Source: Basidiobolus meristosporus CBS 931.73 (taxonomy: Eukaryota; Fungi; Basidiobolomycota). From it: a stretch of DNA of 64,000 nucleotides. Location of the stretch: positions 1 through 64,000 of the forward strand of contig MCFE01000507.1 of assembly GCA_002104905.1 (NCBI GenBank), in the 5' to 3' direction. A program made the position numbers and the translations under genes. This document shows, piece after piece, positions 41,623 through 53,148 of the stretch (position 1 is the first letter of the stretch; every line of letters starts with the position of its first letter). The notes beneath the pieces are model-generated. The model was not told where the DNA came from. It made no database searches and saw nothing but the letters and a program-made list of their open reading frames with translations.

Positions 41623-42067
41623 TGTTGTGATCTACCGCTTAAATGTTTAAGTTAGATCAGTTTTTAGTCAAATCAAATAGTTATATGTTTAGCCTACCAG
41701 TATATCGATGTTATCTATCAAATCAGTAGCATTAGTCAGCAAATGAATCAGCAGATCCTTATCAGACAGGAATAGATATATTAAGTAGGATCTTATAGGG
41801 TGATGATGATGCAATCAGATGAGTCATCAGCCGCAACCTACATGAGGAAATACAATTAGTCAGCAATTGATCTGGCAAAAATGTAGACTTGTTCCGTTGG
41901 ATAGTGCCACATAGTGCCAGCCTGTTTATAGTGCCGGATCAATCTGGCACTCTACGGCACCATCTGGCACTATAATTTCTACCATGATGCCAGTGATATG
42001 ATACAGTTACTGGTAATTTTACTCAATCTTACTTATGTTGCTCAGAATAGTGCTTTCCTTGCTTTAT

Positions 42068-42952
42068 TTACTCTTCATAATGCTCCAGACACATTTCTCT
42101 CAGTGGATGTCTTCTTGTATGAACATTCTGTGCATTAATAAGTATCTTAACTATTTTACCTATCCTGCTGTTTTCACCTATATATGACTTTCCTCTGTAT
42201 TTACCTGCCAATATACTGAATCTCTTCAGATATCCAAATGTGTGCTCTACCCTTGCTCTGAAATGATTAAATATCTCATTGTAGAGCTTCTGCTTCCTGC
42301 TAAGCACACCATTCCTTGGCTTCCTATAAGCTGTAATACATCCTAATCTCTGACAATCCTCTCCTATATAGGCTAAGTCTGCCATACATTTCTCCCCTCT
42401 ACTGAATTCAGGATGATTCTCTACCCAGAGTGCTTTGTCATGCCTACTTCCAGCAAATGGCCCACTAAACCAGATGATGTTACCCTCAATATCAGACAGT
42501 GCTTGAAACTTCACACAGTGTGCCTTGTACTTGCCAGAATAAAAGTGCCTCTGCCCTCTAGAAGGTCTGTTAATCCTCACTGGGAAGGTATCCAAAATAC
42601 TCCTGATATGGAACCTGTTGCTGAACACTCTGGGATATGGAAGTCTATTGAAGCTTCTGAACCTAGTATTCCAAGCTTGCTCTAAGTCATTCATACCCTC
42701 TGCAAGGTGGTTCTCCATTGCTGTCAGCTGGGAATGAAAGCTTCTAGGACTTTTGTTGCCATGGATGGTGGGATGAAACCTTGTAGGGCAATAGTTCTTG
42801 TAATAGCAGAGAAGCTTAACAAGGGATCTCCTTGAGTAGATTGGGGTTGATGGTCCACAGTACTTGGTATAGATCTCCTCCAGTGTGTCAAAAGGAAATC
42901 CAGTGGTAGTGATGGGATTGATGAGAAAAGACCATTCAGATGAGTAAGTCAT
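42068..42952 (-). CDS. DDE_Tnp_4-family (PIF/Harbinger/ISL2EU/IS5-like) transposase, open frame, about 294 aa from the first ATG
   Basis: SILDTFPVRINRP...FYSGKYKAHCVKFQ...GNIIWFSGPFAGSRHD...MADLAYIG...FNHFRARVEHTFGYLK; D-D-E triad present; ORF track extends to 42994 using a TTG. Confidence 0.9.
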   Translation of the reverse strand: MTYSSEWSFLINPITTTGFPFDTLEEIYTKYCGPSTPIYSRRSLVKLLCYYKNYCPTRFHPTIHGNKSPRSFHSQLTAMENHLAEGMNDLEQAWNTRFRSFNRLPYPRVFSNRFHIRSILDTFPVRINRPSRGQRHFYSGKYKAHCVKFQALSDIEGNIIWFSGPFAGSRHDKALWVENHPEFSRGEKCMADLAYIGEDCQRLGCITAYRKPRNGVLSRKQKLYNEIFNHFRARVEHTFGYLKRFSILAGKYRGKSYIGENSRIGKIVKILINAQNVHTRRHPLREMCLEHYEE

Positions 42953-43311
42953 ATTAAAATTGATGGATGATTGTATAGAGGCGGTTTGAATCAATTCGGC
43001 GCGATCCGCGTTATTTATCTGATTTTTAACACATTATGGTTAAATCTCCATCAGTTGCCATGTATCCCATCATTATGTTGCAAATATCATCCGCAAACAA
43101 TGCCTTGGTACTTTTATTGATGCTTTAATCATAGGTCTATAATCAAATAGGAAATCTGCAATTGATGTGATCTGATCCGTGTCAACGCAATCCAAGATGC
43201 ATCATGCATAATATATAGAAAATTCAACAATCACATTAGTTTTCATATATATTTCATATAAGACCAGGTTGATGCCAATATACTGCTGTATAAGTATCCA
43301 AATCCATTGCT

Positions 43312-44559
43312 ATGGTCCCCATACCAAGCCTCAACTCATCTTTAGTACAACCCAGACAAAACCCATCCCCCCGCTCACAAGCGCGGTCCGGACCGGAAAA
43401 GTTGATGTTGGATCCGTTTGAGTTCTCACCAAATGATTTTAGTATGGCCCAAGTGTCTATGATGAGCCTTCATACAGATATTTGGGCACTACTGATTAAT
43501 CTAGCAGAACTAGATACCTCAGAGAGTTGACAAAGATGGAAGAATTTGAGTAGAAAGCTGTGGCATGAGTTCTACATCAAGATGCCAGCCAATGTATGTA
43601 AAAAGATATATAACAAGACAAGTATTGAAATCAAGAATGAGCTGAGAGTGAGGGGATTTGACAAAGAAGCCGCGCGGGAACAATTTTGCGCGCAATTTGC
43701 ACAGTACGGGCCGGACTCATCCGTTCGTGCCTCAACTTTGGGAACCAAAGAGATTTTGAATGAGTTTTTGCCTCAAATGACTAATGTACTACGTGATATA
43801 TTAGTAGAGCTAAGTGGCTTCCGAGAGCAATATACACAGGACTCATCCAGGCAACAGCTCCAAAGTATCAGACAGAGGGTAAGTGAATACCTTGAGTAAT
43901 CAGATGGTGAGCTTCAGGAGGAAGAATACAGACCGCAAGCAACATTGTCCAGATTGCGCCAGCACGCCTCACTGGATTCCCTACCATCTCTTGCAACCAC
44001 AGCGCGCCAGCGCACGTCAGTCCAGACCACGCCAACACCCTTTACCAGAATGCCCCGCGTCAAGTCAACGCGCGTCGGGTCAACGCGCGCGCTTCAGAGC
44101 AAAACTACGAGAACTTGCCAAACTGCTCATTTAGACACAAGTCCATTGGAGCGGACCAAGTCGCGTCAACATGCGGCATCACATCGAACTCAGCCAAGGG
44201 CCATCTCAACGCGTCAAGGCGTGCCTGTGCGTGCAATTTTGCCCGACCATCAGCGAGTTACTTCTGGTGAACTGACTGATGATGACCAACATGAAGTGCC
44301 TCAACCACCAGAGCCCTTGGCAAGTAAAAGAACGCGTCAGCGCGTGGCACTACAGGCCGGTTCAGTTGGTTCAGTTGGAGCAATTCAGCGCGGCCAAGCT
44401 GCAGCATCGCACTCATCAACTAGGAGGCAAAATACTGACTACAAATACACAAGTAGCCAAGATGATAGTCAGCTAGGAAGTAGTATAGATGTGCAAAGTG
44501 AGTCAATACCAAATGCTTCAGTAGTAATCCCTGTGAGAAAAAAACCCAGGAGAAGATGA
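43312..44559 (+). pseudogene. H element ORF2, about 415 codons reconstructed, two in-frame stops; putative DNA-binding partner
   Basis: ORFs 43312-43530, 43546-43899 and 43945-44559 are in one frame; TAA at 43897 is GAA in other copies; ends PVRKKPRRR (NLS-like). Confidence 0.8.
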
Positions 44560-46831
44560 TGCGGTTGCTTTGAATTGCTCACATTTGTAATGATCCCGAC
44601 AACCCTTTTTTTTGCGATCCAAATCAAGCCATCATAAATCAGTGATCATCAAATTTTTGATATAAGTAATATCAAGGTCGTCTCACATTTGAGACAGAAC
44701 CCCTATAAATAAACACCCTGCATATAAATATGTCATCTGTAATACCAGTGCAGCAATTGGATCTGTTTTGCACCTACACAATTGCTTGCGTGCTAGCTAT
44801 GACACCTAGCCCAATCACTAGGATCAGGGATTTACTTGCTCAATGGGCAAAATGGGATATTTGATGGCAAATCAGGCCGCTTTTTCAGTAGTCAATGAGC
44901 CAATTGGGGGCTGCCAGCTTCAGGATACTTTTGGACCAATTAACCACTGAGATACCGTCCAATTGGAGTGAGGGTAACCAAAATGGTAAATATCAGTGTA
45001 GTTTATAGTGTGATACACATTTATTTCCATTTACATTAAAGAAACATATCCAAATACCGGATTTTACCTGCCATTATAGCGGTATCCAATTGCGCACGTG
45101 ATGCAAACATTACAAGTTGGCGCAATCATCCGTGCCAACCTCATCGTGTCAGATTGTGCCATAGTGTGCGAGATCGTCCAAGAACGATCCTGCCTTCTGG
45201 TAGCTATGATATCGCGCCCAATTGTTCTTTGCAACCGCGGATTGTGCCGCGCGCCCTGGCACGGTACGATGGAACAAGTCTTGTATATAAGGAGCTGCTG
45301 GAACCTCAATAACAATCAGTTCAAGTTTTAGTGAATACAATACTAGCTAAACTCCCTATTCCTCTACAACTCTTTTACCAAGACTTGTAACATTGGTAGC
45401 AGCAATAACCAGAAACCTCTCTCCTAGAAAAAGAAGAAGCCTCCCTCAAGATGTCTGAAAATTAGCAATGGAAGAATGCTATGCAGCAACTCCTGGCCCA
45501 ACAGCAACAGGTACTCCAGATCCTTAGCCAGCAGCAACAAGGAATGACCACCATGGCCCAAAGCCAGCAAAACTCTGTCAAGAGCAACTTCAGTGTGAAG
45601 GTCAACTGGTGCCATGGTAGAGTCAATGAAAACCTGGGAACTTGGCTCTTCCAGGTTAAATAAGCTTTCAAGGCTAAAGGAATTGCTCCAGAAAGCAAGT
45701 TACATTATGCATCCTCTTACCTGACAGATGCAGCTTGACAGTGGTACCACAACAAGATCAGGTCAGCCATCATGATGGGATGCTCCACAATCCCTACCTG
45801 GGATGAGTTTGTGTTGGAAATTCAGGATGCTTTTGAACCTCCACACCAGCAGACACTACTAAGAAGAAAGTTGAAGACACTCAGACAGAAAGGAATGGTT
45901 CAAGAGTACATCTCTGAATATAGATGTTGACTTGGAAAAATTGAAAGAATGGACCTGCTGGATCAAATGAAATACTTTGTTGATTGGTTGAAAGAACAAA
46001 CTTGCAAGGAAATGAGTAATCAAAGACCCCAGACTAATGAAGAAGCCATTAAGATTGCCATTGACTATGACTCAGCTATGTTTGGAGTTGGGAACCCCAC
46101 AAGGACTAATCAGAGAAGCTACAATCACTTTGAAAGAAGACAATCAGAAGCAGTGCCAATGGAAATAGATGCTATGCAGAAGAATCCCACCTCAGAAGAA
46201 TGTAAGAAAGGACTTTGCTTCAATTCCCACCAGCATGGACATATTGCAAAGTACTGCCCTCTGAGAAGTAATGGACACCAGCCATCAAGAACCTTCAACC
46301 ATACTGAAGCCCTTGTCCATAGTAACATGGAGGATGAACTTGAAGAAGACTCAGAACTCACCTTCCATACAACAGAAGAATACCTATCCAAAATGACCTC
46401 AAACTCAGGAAAGCTATTATAATTGAACGAAGTAATCAATGGAGTACCTGCCAATATCATGATTAACTTAGGAGCATCACATGAGTATATGTCAGCGCAA
46501 TTTTCTTTGAAAGCTGGAATCAACTTAGAACCCACCAAATCAACTTCAGTCTCAACAGCTGATAGGATCTCTCATATAATTATCCATATTACTCAGCCAG
46601 TAAGGATGTAGAACAATGACTATGAAGAAAACCTACAGGCACATATATTTGGGAACTGCAAATTTGACCTTGTCCTTGGAAAAACCTGGCTATTTTGTTG
46701 TTATGCATCAATCAACTGGAGAACCCATTGTTGTAAGAGTCTTTGAGATGTTGAAAGTAATAGGGGGAACAAGTAGATTATGTGGTTTTCACTTAATGAT
46801 TTATTGAATGTAAAAGTAGTATATATGTATT

Positions 46832-47546
46832 AGACTTGTTCCATTGGATAGTGCCACATTGAGCCATGAGTGCCAAATAGTGCCATAGTGTGCCTGAGAG
46901 TCATAGCAGACCTAAACTTGGCCACAGAGTGTGACATATAGTTCTGCATATTCATGCAAAGCAGCCCCTGTGTTTCACCTACTGTGCGGGAGAAAATCAA
47001 TTTTTTAGCCTTTTATTTGGGATCAAAATTGTGCATGACGTAAAAGAACACAGACAGACTGAAGATATGCATCTGGTACATAATACCCATGGCACTCTAA
47101 ATCTAGCCCCACAGGCTTGTAGCATGTCACAAAATGCATGGCATTATCTTGGTCCACTGGTACTATCTGGCACTATATGTGCTTTGTATAGGTTCTACTT
47201 TAGGGCTAATATTTAAAAATAGTGCCAGATAGTACCAGTGGACATAGATAGTGCCATGCATTTTTGTGACATGCTACAAGCCTGTGGGGCTAGATTTAGA
47301 GTGCCATGGGTATTATGTACCAGATGCATATCTTCAGTCTGTCTGTGCTCTTTTACGTCATGCACAATTTTGATCCCAAATAAAAGGTTAAAAAATTGAT
47401 TTTCTCCCGCACAGTAGGTGAAACACAGGGGCTGCTTTGCATGAATATGCAGAACTATATGTCACACTCTGTGGCCAAGCTTAGGTCTGCTATGACTCTC
47501 AGGCACACTATGGCACTATTTGGCACTCATGGCTCAATGTGGCACT
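46832..47546. mobile_element. Foldback MITE, near-perfect about 330-345-bp inverted arms with a 42-bp spacer, fused to H sequence
   Basis: Left arm 46832-47176 starts AGACTTGTTCCATTGGATAGTGCCAC; right arm 47219-47546 is its reverse complement without the terminal TIR bases. Confidence 0.92.
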
Positions 47547-47841
47547 GTAATTTCTGCCATGATGCCAGTGGTATGATACAGTTACTGGTAATTTACTCAA
47601 TCTTACTTATGTTGCTCAGAATAGTGCTTTCCTTGCTTTATTTACTCTTCATAACGCTCCAGACACATTTCTCTCAGTGGATGTCTTCTTGTATGAACAT
47701 ACTGTGCATTAATAAGTTTCTTAACTATTTTACCTATTCTGCTATTTCTCCTATATATGACTTTCCTCTGTATATACCTGCCAATAGGCTGAATCTCTTC
47801 AGACATCCAAATGTGCGCTCTACACTCACTCGGAAATGATT
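47547..47841 (-). pseudogene. H left subterminal region and transposase C-terminus
   Basis: Matches about 41975-42268. Confidence 0.88.
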
Positions 47842-49117
47842 AGACTTGTTCCATTGTATTGTGCCAGGGCACGTGGCGTGATCCGTGGTTGTAAAGAACA
47901 ATTGGGCGCAATGTTATAGCTACCAGAAGGCAGGATTGTTCTTGGACAATTTTGCACTATGTGGGACAATCTTGCACACTATGGCACAATCTGACACGAT
48001 GAGGTTGGCACAGATGATTGCACCAACTTGTAATGTTTACATCACGTGCGCAATTGGATACCGCTATTATGGCAGGTAAAATCCGGTATTTGGATATGCT
48101 TCTTTAATGTAAATGGAAATAAATGTGTATCACACTATAAACTACACTGATACTTACCATGTTGTTTACTATCACTCCAATTGGGTGGCATCCCAGCAGT
48201 TAATTGGTCCAGAAATATGCTGAAGCTGTGAGCCCCCAACTGGCTCTTTGACCAATACACAAGCTATCTGATTTACCCTCACTCCAATTGGACGGTATCT
48301 CAGTGGTTAATTGGTCCAAAGGTATCCTGAAGCTGGCAGCCCCCAATGGCTCATTGGCTACTGAAAAAGCTACCTGATTTGCCATCAAATATCCCATTTT
48401 GACCATTGAGCAAGTAAATCCCTGATCCTAGTGATTGGACAAGGTGTCATAGCTAGCACACAAGCAATTGTGTAGGTGCAAAACAGATCCAATAGCTGCA
48501 CTGGTATAACAGATGACGTATATATATGCAGGGTGTTTATTTATAGGGGTTCTGTCTCAAATGTGAGAAGACCTTGATATTACTTATATCAAAAATTTGA
48601 TGATCACTGATTTGCAATGGCTTGATTTGGATTGCAAAAAAAAAGGGTTGTCAGGATCATTACAAATGTGAGCAATTCAAAGCAATTGCATCATCTTCTC
48701 CTGGGTTTTTTTCTCACAGCAATTACTACTAAAGCATTTGGTAGTGACTCACTTTGCACACCTATACTACTTCCTGGCTGACTATCATCTTGGCTACTTG
48801 TGTTTTCATAGTCAGTATTTTGCCTCCTAGTTAATGAGTGCAATGCTACAGCTTGGCCATGCTGAATTGCTCCAACTGAACCAACTGAACCGGCCTGTAG
48901 TGCCACGCGCTGACGCGTTCTTTTACTTGCCAAGGGCTCCAGTGGTTGAGGCACTTCATGTTGGTCATCATCAGTCAGTTCACCAGAAGTGATTTGCTGA
49001 TGGTCAGGCAAAATGGCACACGCAGGCACGCCTTGACGCATTGAGATGGCCCTTGGCTGGGTTTGATGTGATGCTGCATGTTAATGTGACTTGGTCTGTT
49101 CCAATGGACTTGTGACA
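47842..49117 (-). mobile_element. Inverted H fragment (right end to mid-ORF2) inserted at ATT in an H transposase
   Basis: GAAATGATT|AGACTTGTTCC; ORF 48691-49041 equals the ORF2 C-terminus. Confidence 0.9.
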
Positions 49118-50177
49118 CCCACTGAAAGATGTGCTCATTCCCTCATTTTCTACTTCCCTATATCTCTACTACATTTATTTTAGTTTTATCCCATTTGTCT
49201 TTCCTAATCAGTACTATCCCATAAGCTGGTTGACTATCACACCTGCTAACCTTATTGCGTAAGTTGCCCCTCACTTTATGTAGATTACTAGCTATAAGTG
49301 CTTCTATATTAGGCAAGTACCCACGCCAGTACCCGTGACACATGATCAACCTTTTTCACCATCCCTATCATTTCCATACCATATATGGTGTCCCTATGTT
49401 ACACAGGTTTCAGAATACTGATTCCTGATTGGTTGGCTGTGCTGTGCCTCTTAGAACCTTGCGGCACCTACTTAAAACATTCTTAGGTCATTCTGATGTC
49501 ATTAAGATTTCTATTGATATCCAGAACCTTCTGGAACACCATGATTAGTAATCACTTAGCCAGTAAGAAAAGTATATAAGGGAGGCTATCCCTCAACAAT
49601 AAATCATCATCCCTTTTATCAATATACCAACTTGTTGATTAGTGTGATCACAGCTACCTGCTGCTACCTGAACTTCCAACCCCAGACCACAGGACACTCC
49701 CAGGAAACCGCGCTGACAGCCAACTGACCTTGGAGGCACTACTTGTGAGGAATACTCAGAGTAGGTATCTTTTATTATATTTGATTCTTTCCCAAGTTTG
49801 TTCTTGTACAGGCAAAGATACTTTTCTGTCTTTGTAACTATTGACCACAGCTGCATTCTTATCAAGTCCCTGCTGGTGGAGTTTACAGTTGTTTTGACTT
49901 TGGAAGCTTTAGTACATTGTCATCTTAAAGGATGCTGAACCCAGCACATACTTTTGTTAAGACACAAACTAAGTTGGGGATTGTAGCTCAATAGTTTTCC
50001 CTTCACAAGCTTGTGGCTTTATTCCCCTTCACATTAGATTAGAGACAGAACCTAAGTATTCCTAGCAAGCTTTTGCCAGAGGTTATTGCACCCAGTGAAC
50101 ACCCCACACACAAGACACTTGAGAAGTGTTGGACGTATCTCTCCCTTGGACTTATACACCACCACACTGCACGGCAC
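49118..50177 (-). mobile_element. Inverted 3' portion of the CACTA-like element, possibly including its right terminus
   Basis: 49745-50170 is the reverse complement of about 61580-62005; begins CCCACTGAAAGA (9/12 match to the left end CCCTATGAAAAA); assigning 49118-49740 to this element is inference. Confidence 0.7.
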
Positions 50178-51813
50178 CAATTTTGCGCGCAATTTGCACA
50201 GTATGGGCTGGATGTGTCCATTTGTGCCTCAACTTTGGGAACCAAAGAGATTTTGAATGAGTTTTTGCCTCAAATGACTAATGTACTACGTGATATATTA
50301 GTAGAGCTAAGTGGCTTCCAAGAGCAATATACACAGGACTCATCCAGGCAACAGCTCCAAAGTATCAGACAGAGGGTAAGTGAATACCTTGAGGAATCAG
50401 ATGGTGAGCTTCAGGAGGAAGAATACAGACCGCAAACAACATTGTCCAGATTGCACCAGCATGCCTTGCTGGATTCCCTACCATCTCTTGCAACCACAGC
50501 GCGCCGGCGCACATCAGTCCAGACCATGCCAACACCCGTTACTAGAACACCCCGCATTGAGTCAACTTGCATCAAGTCAACACATATTGAGTCAATGTGC
50601 GTGCTTTAGAGCAAAACTATGAGAACTTGCCAAACTGCTCATTTAGACACAAGTCCATTGGAGCGGACCAAGTTGAGTCAACATGCAGCATCACATTGAA
50701 CACAGCCAAGGGCCATCTCAATGCATCAAGGCGCACCTGCGCATGCAGTTTGCCTGACCATCAGCAAGTTACTTCTGGTGAACTGACTGATGATGAGCAA
50801 CATGAAGTGCCTCAACCACTGGAGCCCTTGGCAAGTAAAAGAAACCGTCAGCACATGGCACTACAGGCCGGTTCAGTTGGTTCAGTTGGAGCAATTCAGC
50901 GCGGCCAAGCTGCAGCATTGCACTCATCAACTAGGAGGCAAAATACTGACTACAAATACACAAGTAGCCAAGATGATAGTCAGCCAGGAAGTAGTATAGG
51001 TGTGCAAGGTGAGTCACTACCAAATGCTTCAGTAGTAATCCCTGTGAGAAAAAAACCCAGGAGAAGATGATGCAATTGCTTTGAATTGCTCAGATTTGTA
51101 ATGATCCCAACAACCCATTTTTTTGGCAATCCAAATTGAGCCATTGCAAATCAGTGATCATCAAATTTTTGATATAAGTAATATCAAGGTTGTCTCACAT
51201 TTGAGACAGAACCCCTATAAATATACACCCTGCATATATATATGTCATCTGTTATACCAGTGCAGCTATTGGATCTGTTTTGCACCTACACAATTGCTTG
51301 TGTGCTAGCTATGACACCTTGTCCAATCACTAGGATCAGGGATTTACTTGCTCAATGGGCAAAATGGGATATTTGATGGCAAATCAGGTAGCTTTTTTAG
51401 TAGTCAATGAGCCAATTGGGGGCTGCCAGCTTCAGGATACCTTTGGACCAATTAACCACTGAGATACTGTCCAATTGGAGTGAGGGTAACTAAAATGGTA
51501 AGTATCAGTGTAGTTTATAGTGTGATACACATTTATTTCCATTTACATTAAAGAAGCATATCCAAATACCGGATTTTACCTGCCATAATAGTGGTATCCA
51601 ATTGTGCATGTGATGCAACCATTACAAGTTGGCTCAGTCATCTGTGCCAACCTCATTGTGTCAGATTGTGCCATAGTGTGCAAGATTGTCCCGCATAGTG
51701 CAAAATTGTCCAAGAACAATCCTGCCTTCTGGTAGCTATAATATTGCACCCAATTGTTTTTTACAACCGCAGATTGCGCCGCGCGCCCTGGCATGGTACA
51801 ATGAAACAAGTCT
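50178..51813 (+). mobile_element. H fragment (mid-ORF2 to right TIR)
   Basis: High similarity to 43681-45281; ends ATGAAACAAGTCT|AAT. Confidence 0.92.
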
Positions 51814-53148
51814 AATAACATTGTCTTGTCATAACAACCACATAGAATAGGTTAAGGAAGGTCCTAAGAACATGTGTGCAATGTTTGGAGCTCTTTGGAC
51901 AAATTTGAGAATTTTCATGTTGTGGGTACCTGGTATTTTGGTGAAAATGTTATAAGTAACTCCCAACCAGGTATTTTGTGAGTATTCTCTAGGATATGAA
52001 GGTAATGATCTAAGTGACTAAATTAGGTGAATATTTAGGTGGAAATACAAATTTTTGCAACACTCCCACCCAACTAAATGTTGATACTGACTAGTCCTAC
52101 TTTTGACCTAAGATATTCAAACTTGTCTCTAGATAATGGTTTGGTAGATATGTCTGCAATCATTTCATCTGTAAGACAGTAAACTACGCTCACTAAGTTA
52201 TTCTCTATAGCTTCACGTATGAAATAATGTCTAATATCTATGTGCTTGGTTCTAGCATGAAAAGTGGGATTTCTACCTAATTTTATACATCCTTGATTAT
52301 CTTGAAATAAAGTAATAGGCATTTTTTGGCATAGGCCTAAATCTGTAAAAAGCTTTCTTAGCCACATTGCTTCTTTAGTAGCTTCACAGGCTGCCATATA
52401 CTCTGCCTCTATGGTAGAAAGTGCTACGGTTGGTTGCTTTCTTGAGTTCCATGAAATTGCTCCTTGACAGTAAAGAGAGGTGTATCCTGAGGTGGATCTT
52501 CTGTCTTCTAAATCTTGTCCCCAATCAACATCAGAGTATTCCACAAGATCCTGTTCTGAATCCTTAAAAGTGTATCTTAAGCAGATATCAGCAGTTCCTT
52601 TTGGATATCTGAAAATCCGCTTAACTGCTGCAATATGATCAGATCCATAGTTCTGATTATGTTGGCTGAAAACTCCTACTGAATATGAGACATCTGGACA
52701 TGTTCCAAGCATAATATACATCAGACTTCCAACCATAGATTGATAAGAAAAGTCAGGGCTTTCAGATGGCACCAAGCTCTCTTGATTTGGTTGAGTTTTG
52801 ACCAAGTTAAGGTTTGTTTCCATTGGGGTAGCTGCTGGTTCACAGCCTTGCATTTGGTACTTCTTTAGTATATCTTGAATATACTTGGATTGACCTAGGG
52901 TGATAGTCTGGGTACTTGTGTCTATGGAGAACTTAATCCCTAGGTAGTAACTGAGGTCTCCTAGACTGAACATCTTAAACTCCTTAGATAGGTTGGATTT
53001 AGCCTCTTCCAATGTTTCTAGGTTATTGGTGGCTATAATAAGATCATCCACATATAGAGCTAATAGAACTGGATTTACTCTATCTGGCTTAGAGTATAGA
53101 CTATAGTCAGCATTAATCTTTTGAAACTCAAAGATTCCAAATAAGAAT

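Larger units (their letters stand above)
41885..45281. mobile_element. H element copy 5: complete two-ORF PIF/Harbinger-ISL2EU-type DNA transposon, 3397 bp
   Basis: TIRs AGACTTGTTCCGT / ATGGAACAAGTCT; TGT on both flanks; removing the element and one TGT restores the G1 LTR sequence GGCAAAA(A)TGTATATAAGG. Confidence 0.95.
41623..46728 (+). mobile_element. Gypsy G1-d, 5' part (5' LTR 41623-45393 split by H copy 5; gag and protease), cut by Copia
   Basis: TGTTGTGATC start; LTR resumes at 45282; PBS TGGTAGCAG about 45395; gag 45481-46422; ends at CTGGAGAACCCAT. Confidence 0.93.

Noticed and set aside
41885-41975. CRISPR-like repeat-spacer appearance of short repeated motifs
   Set aside because: Motifs are 8-9 bp, partly inverted, irregularly spaced, at transposon ends; eukaryotic context with no cas genes
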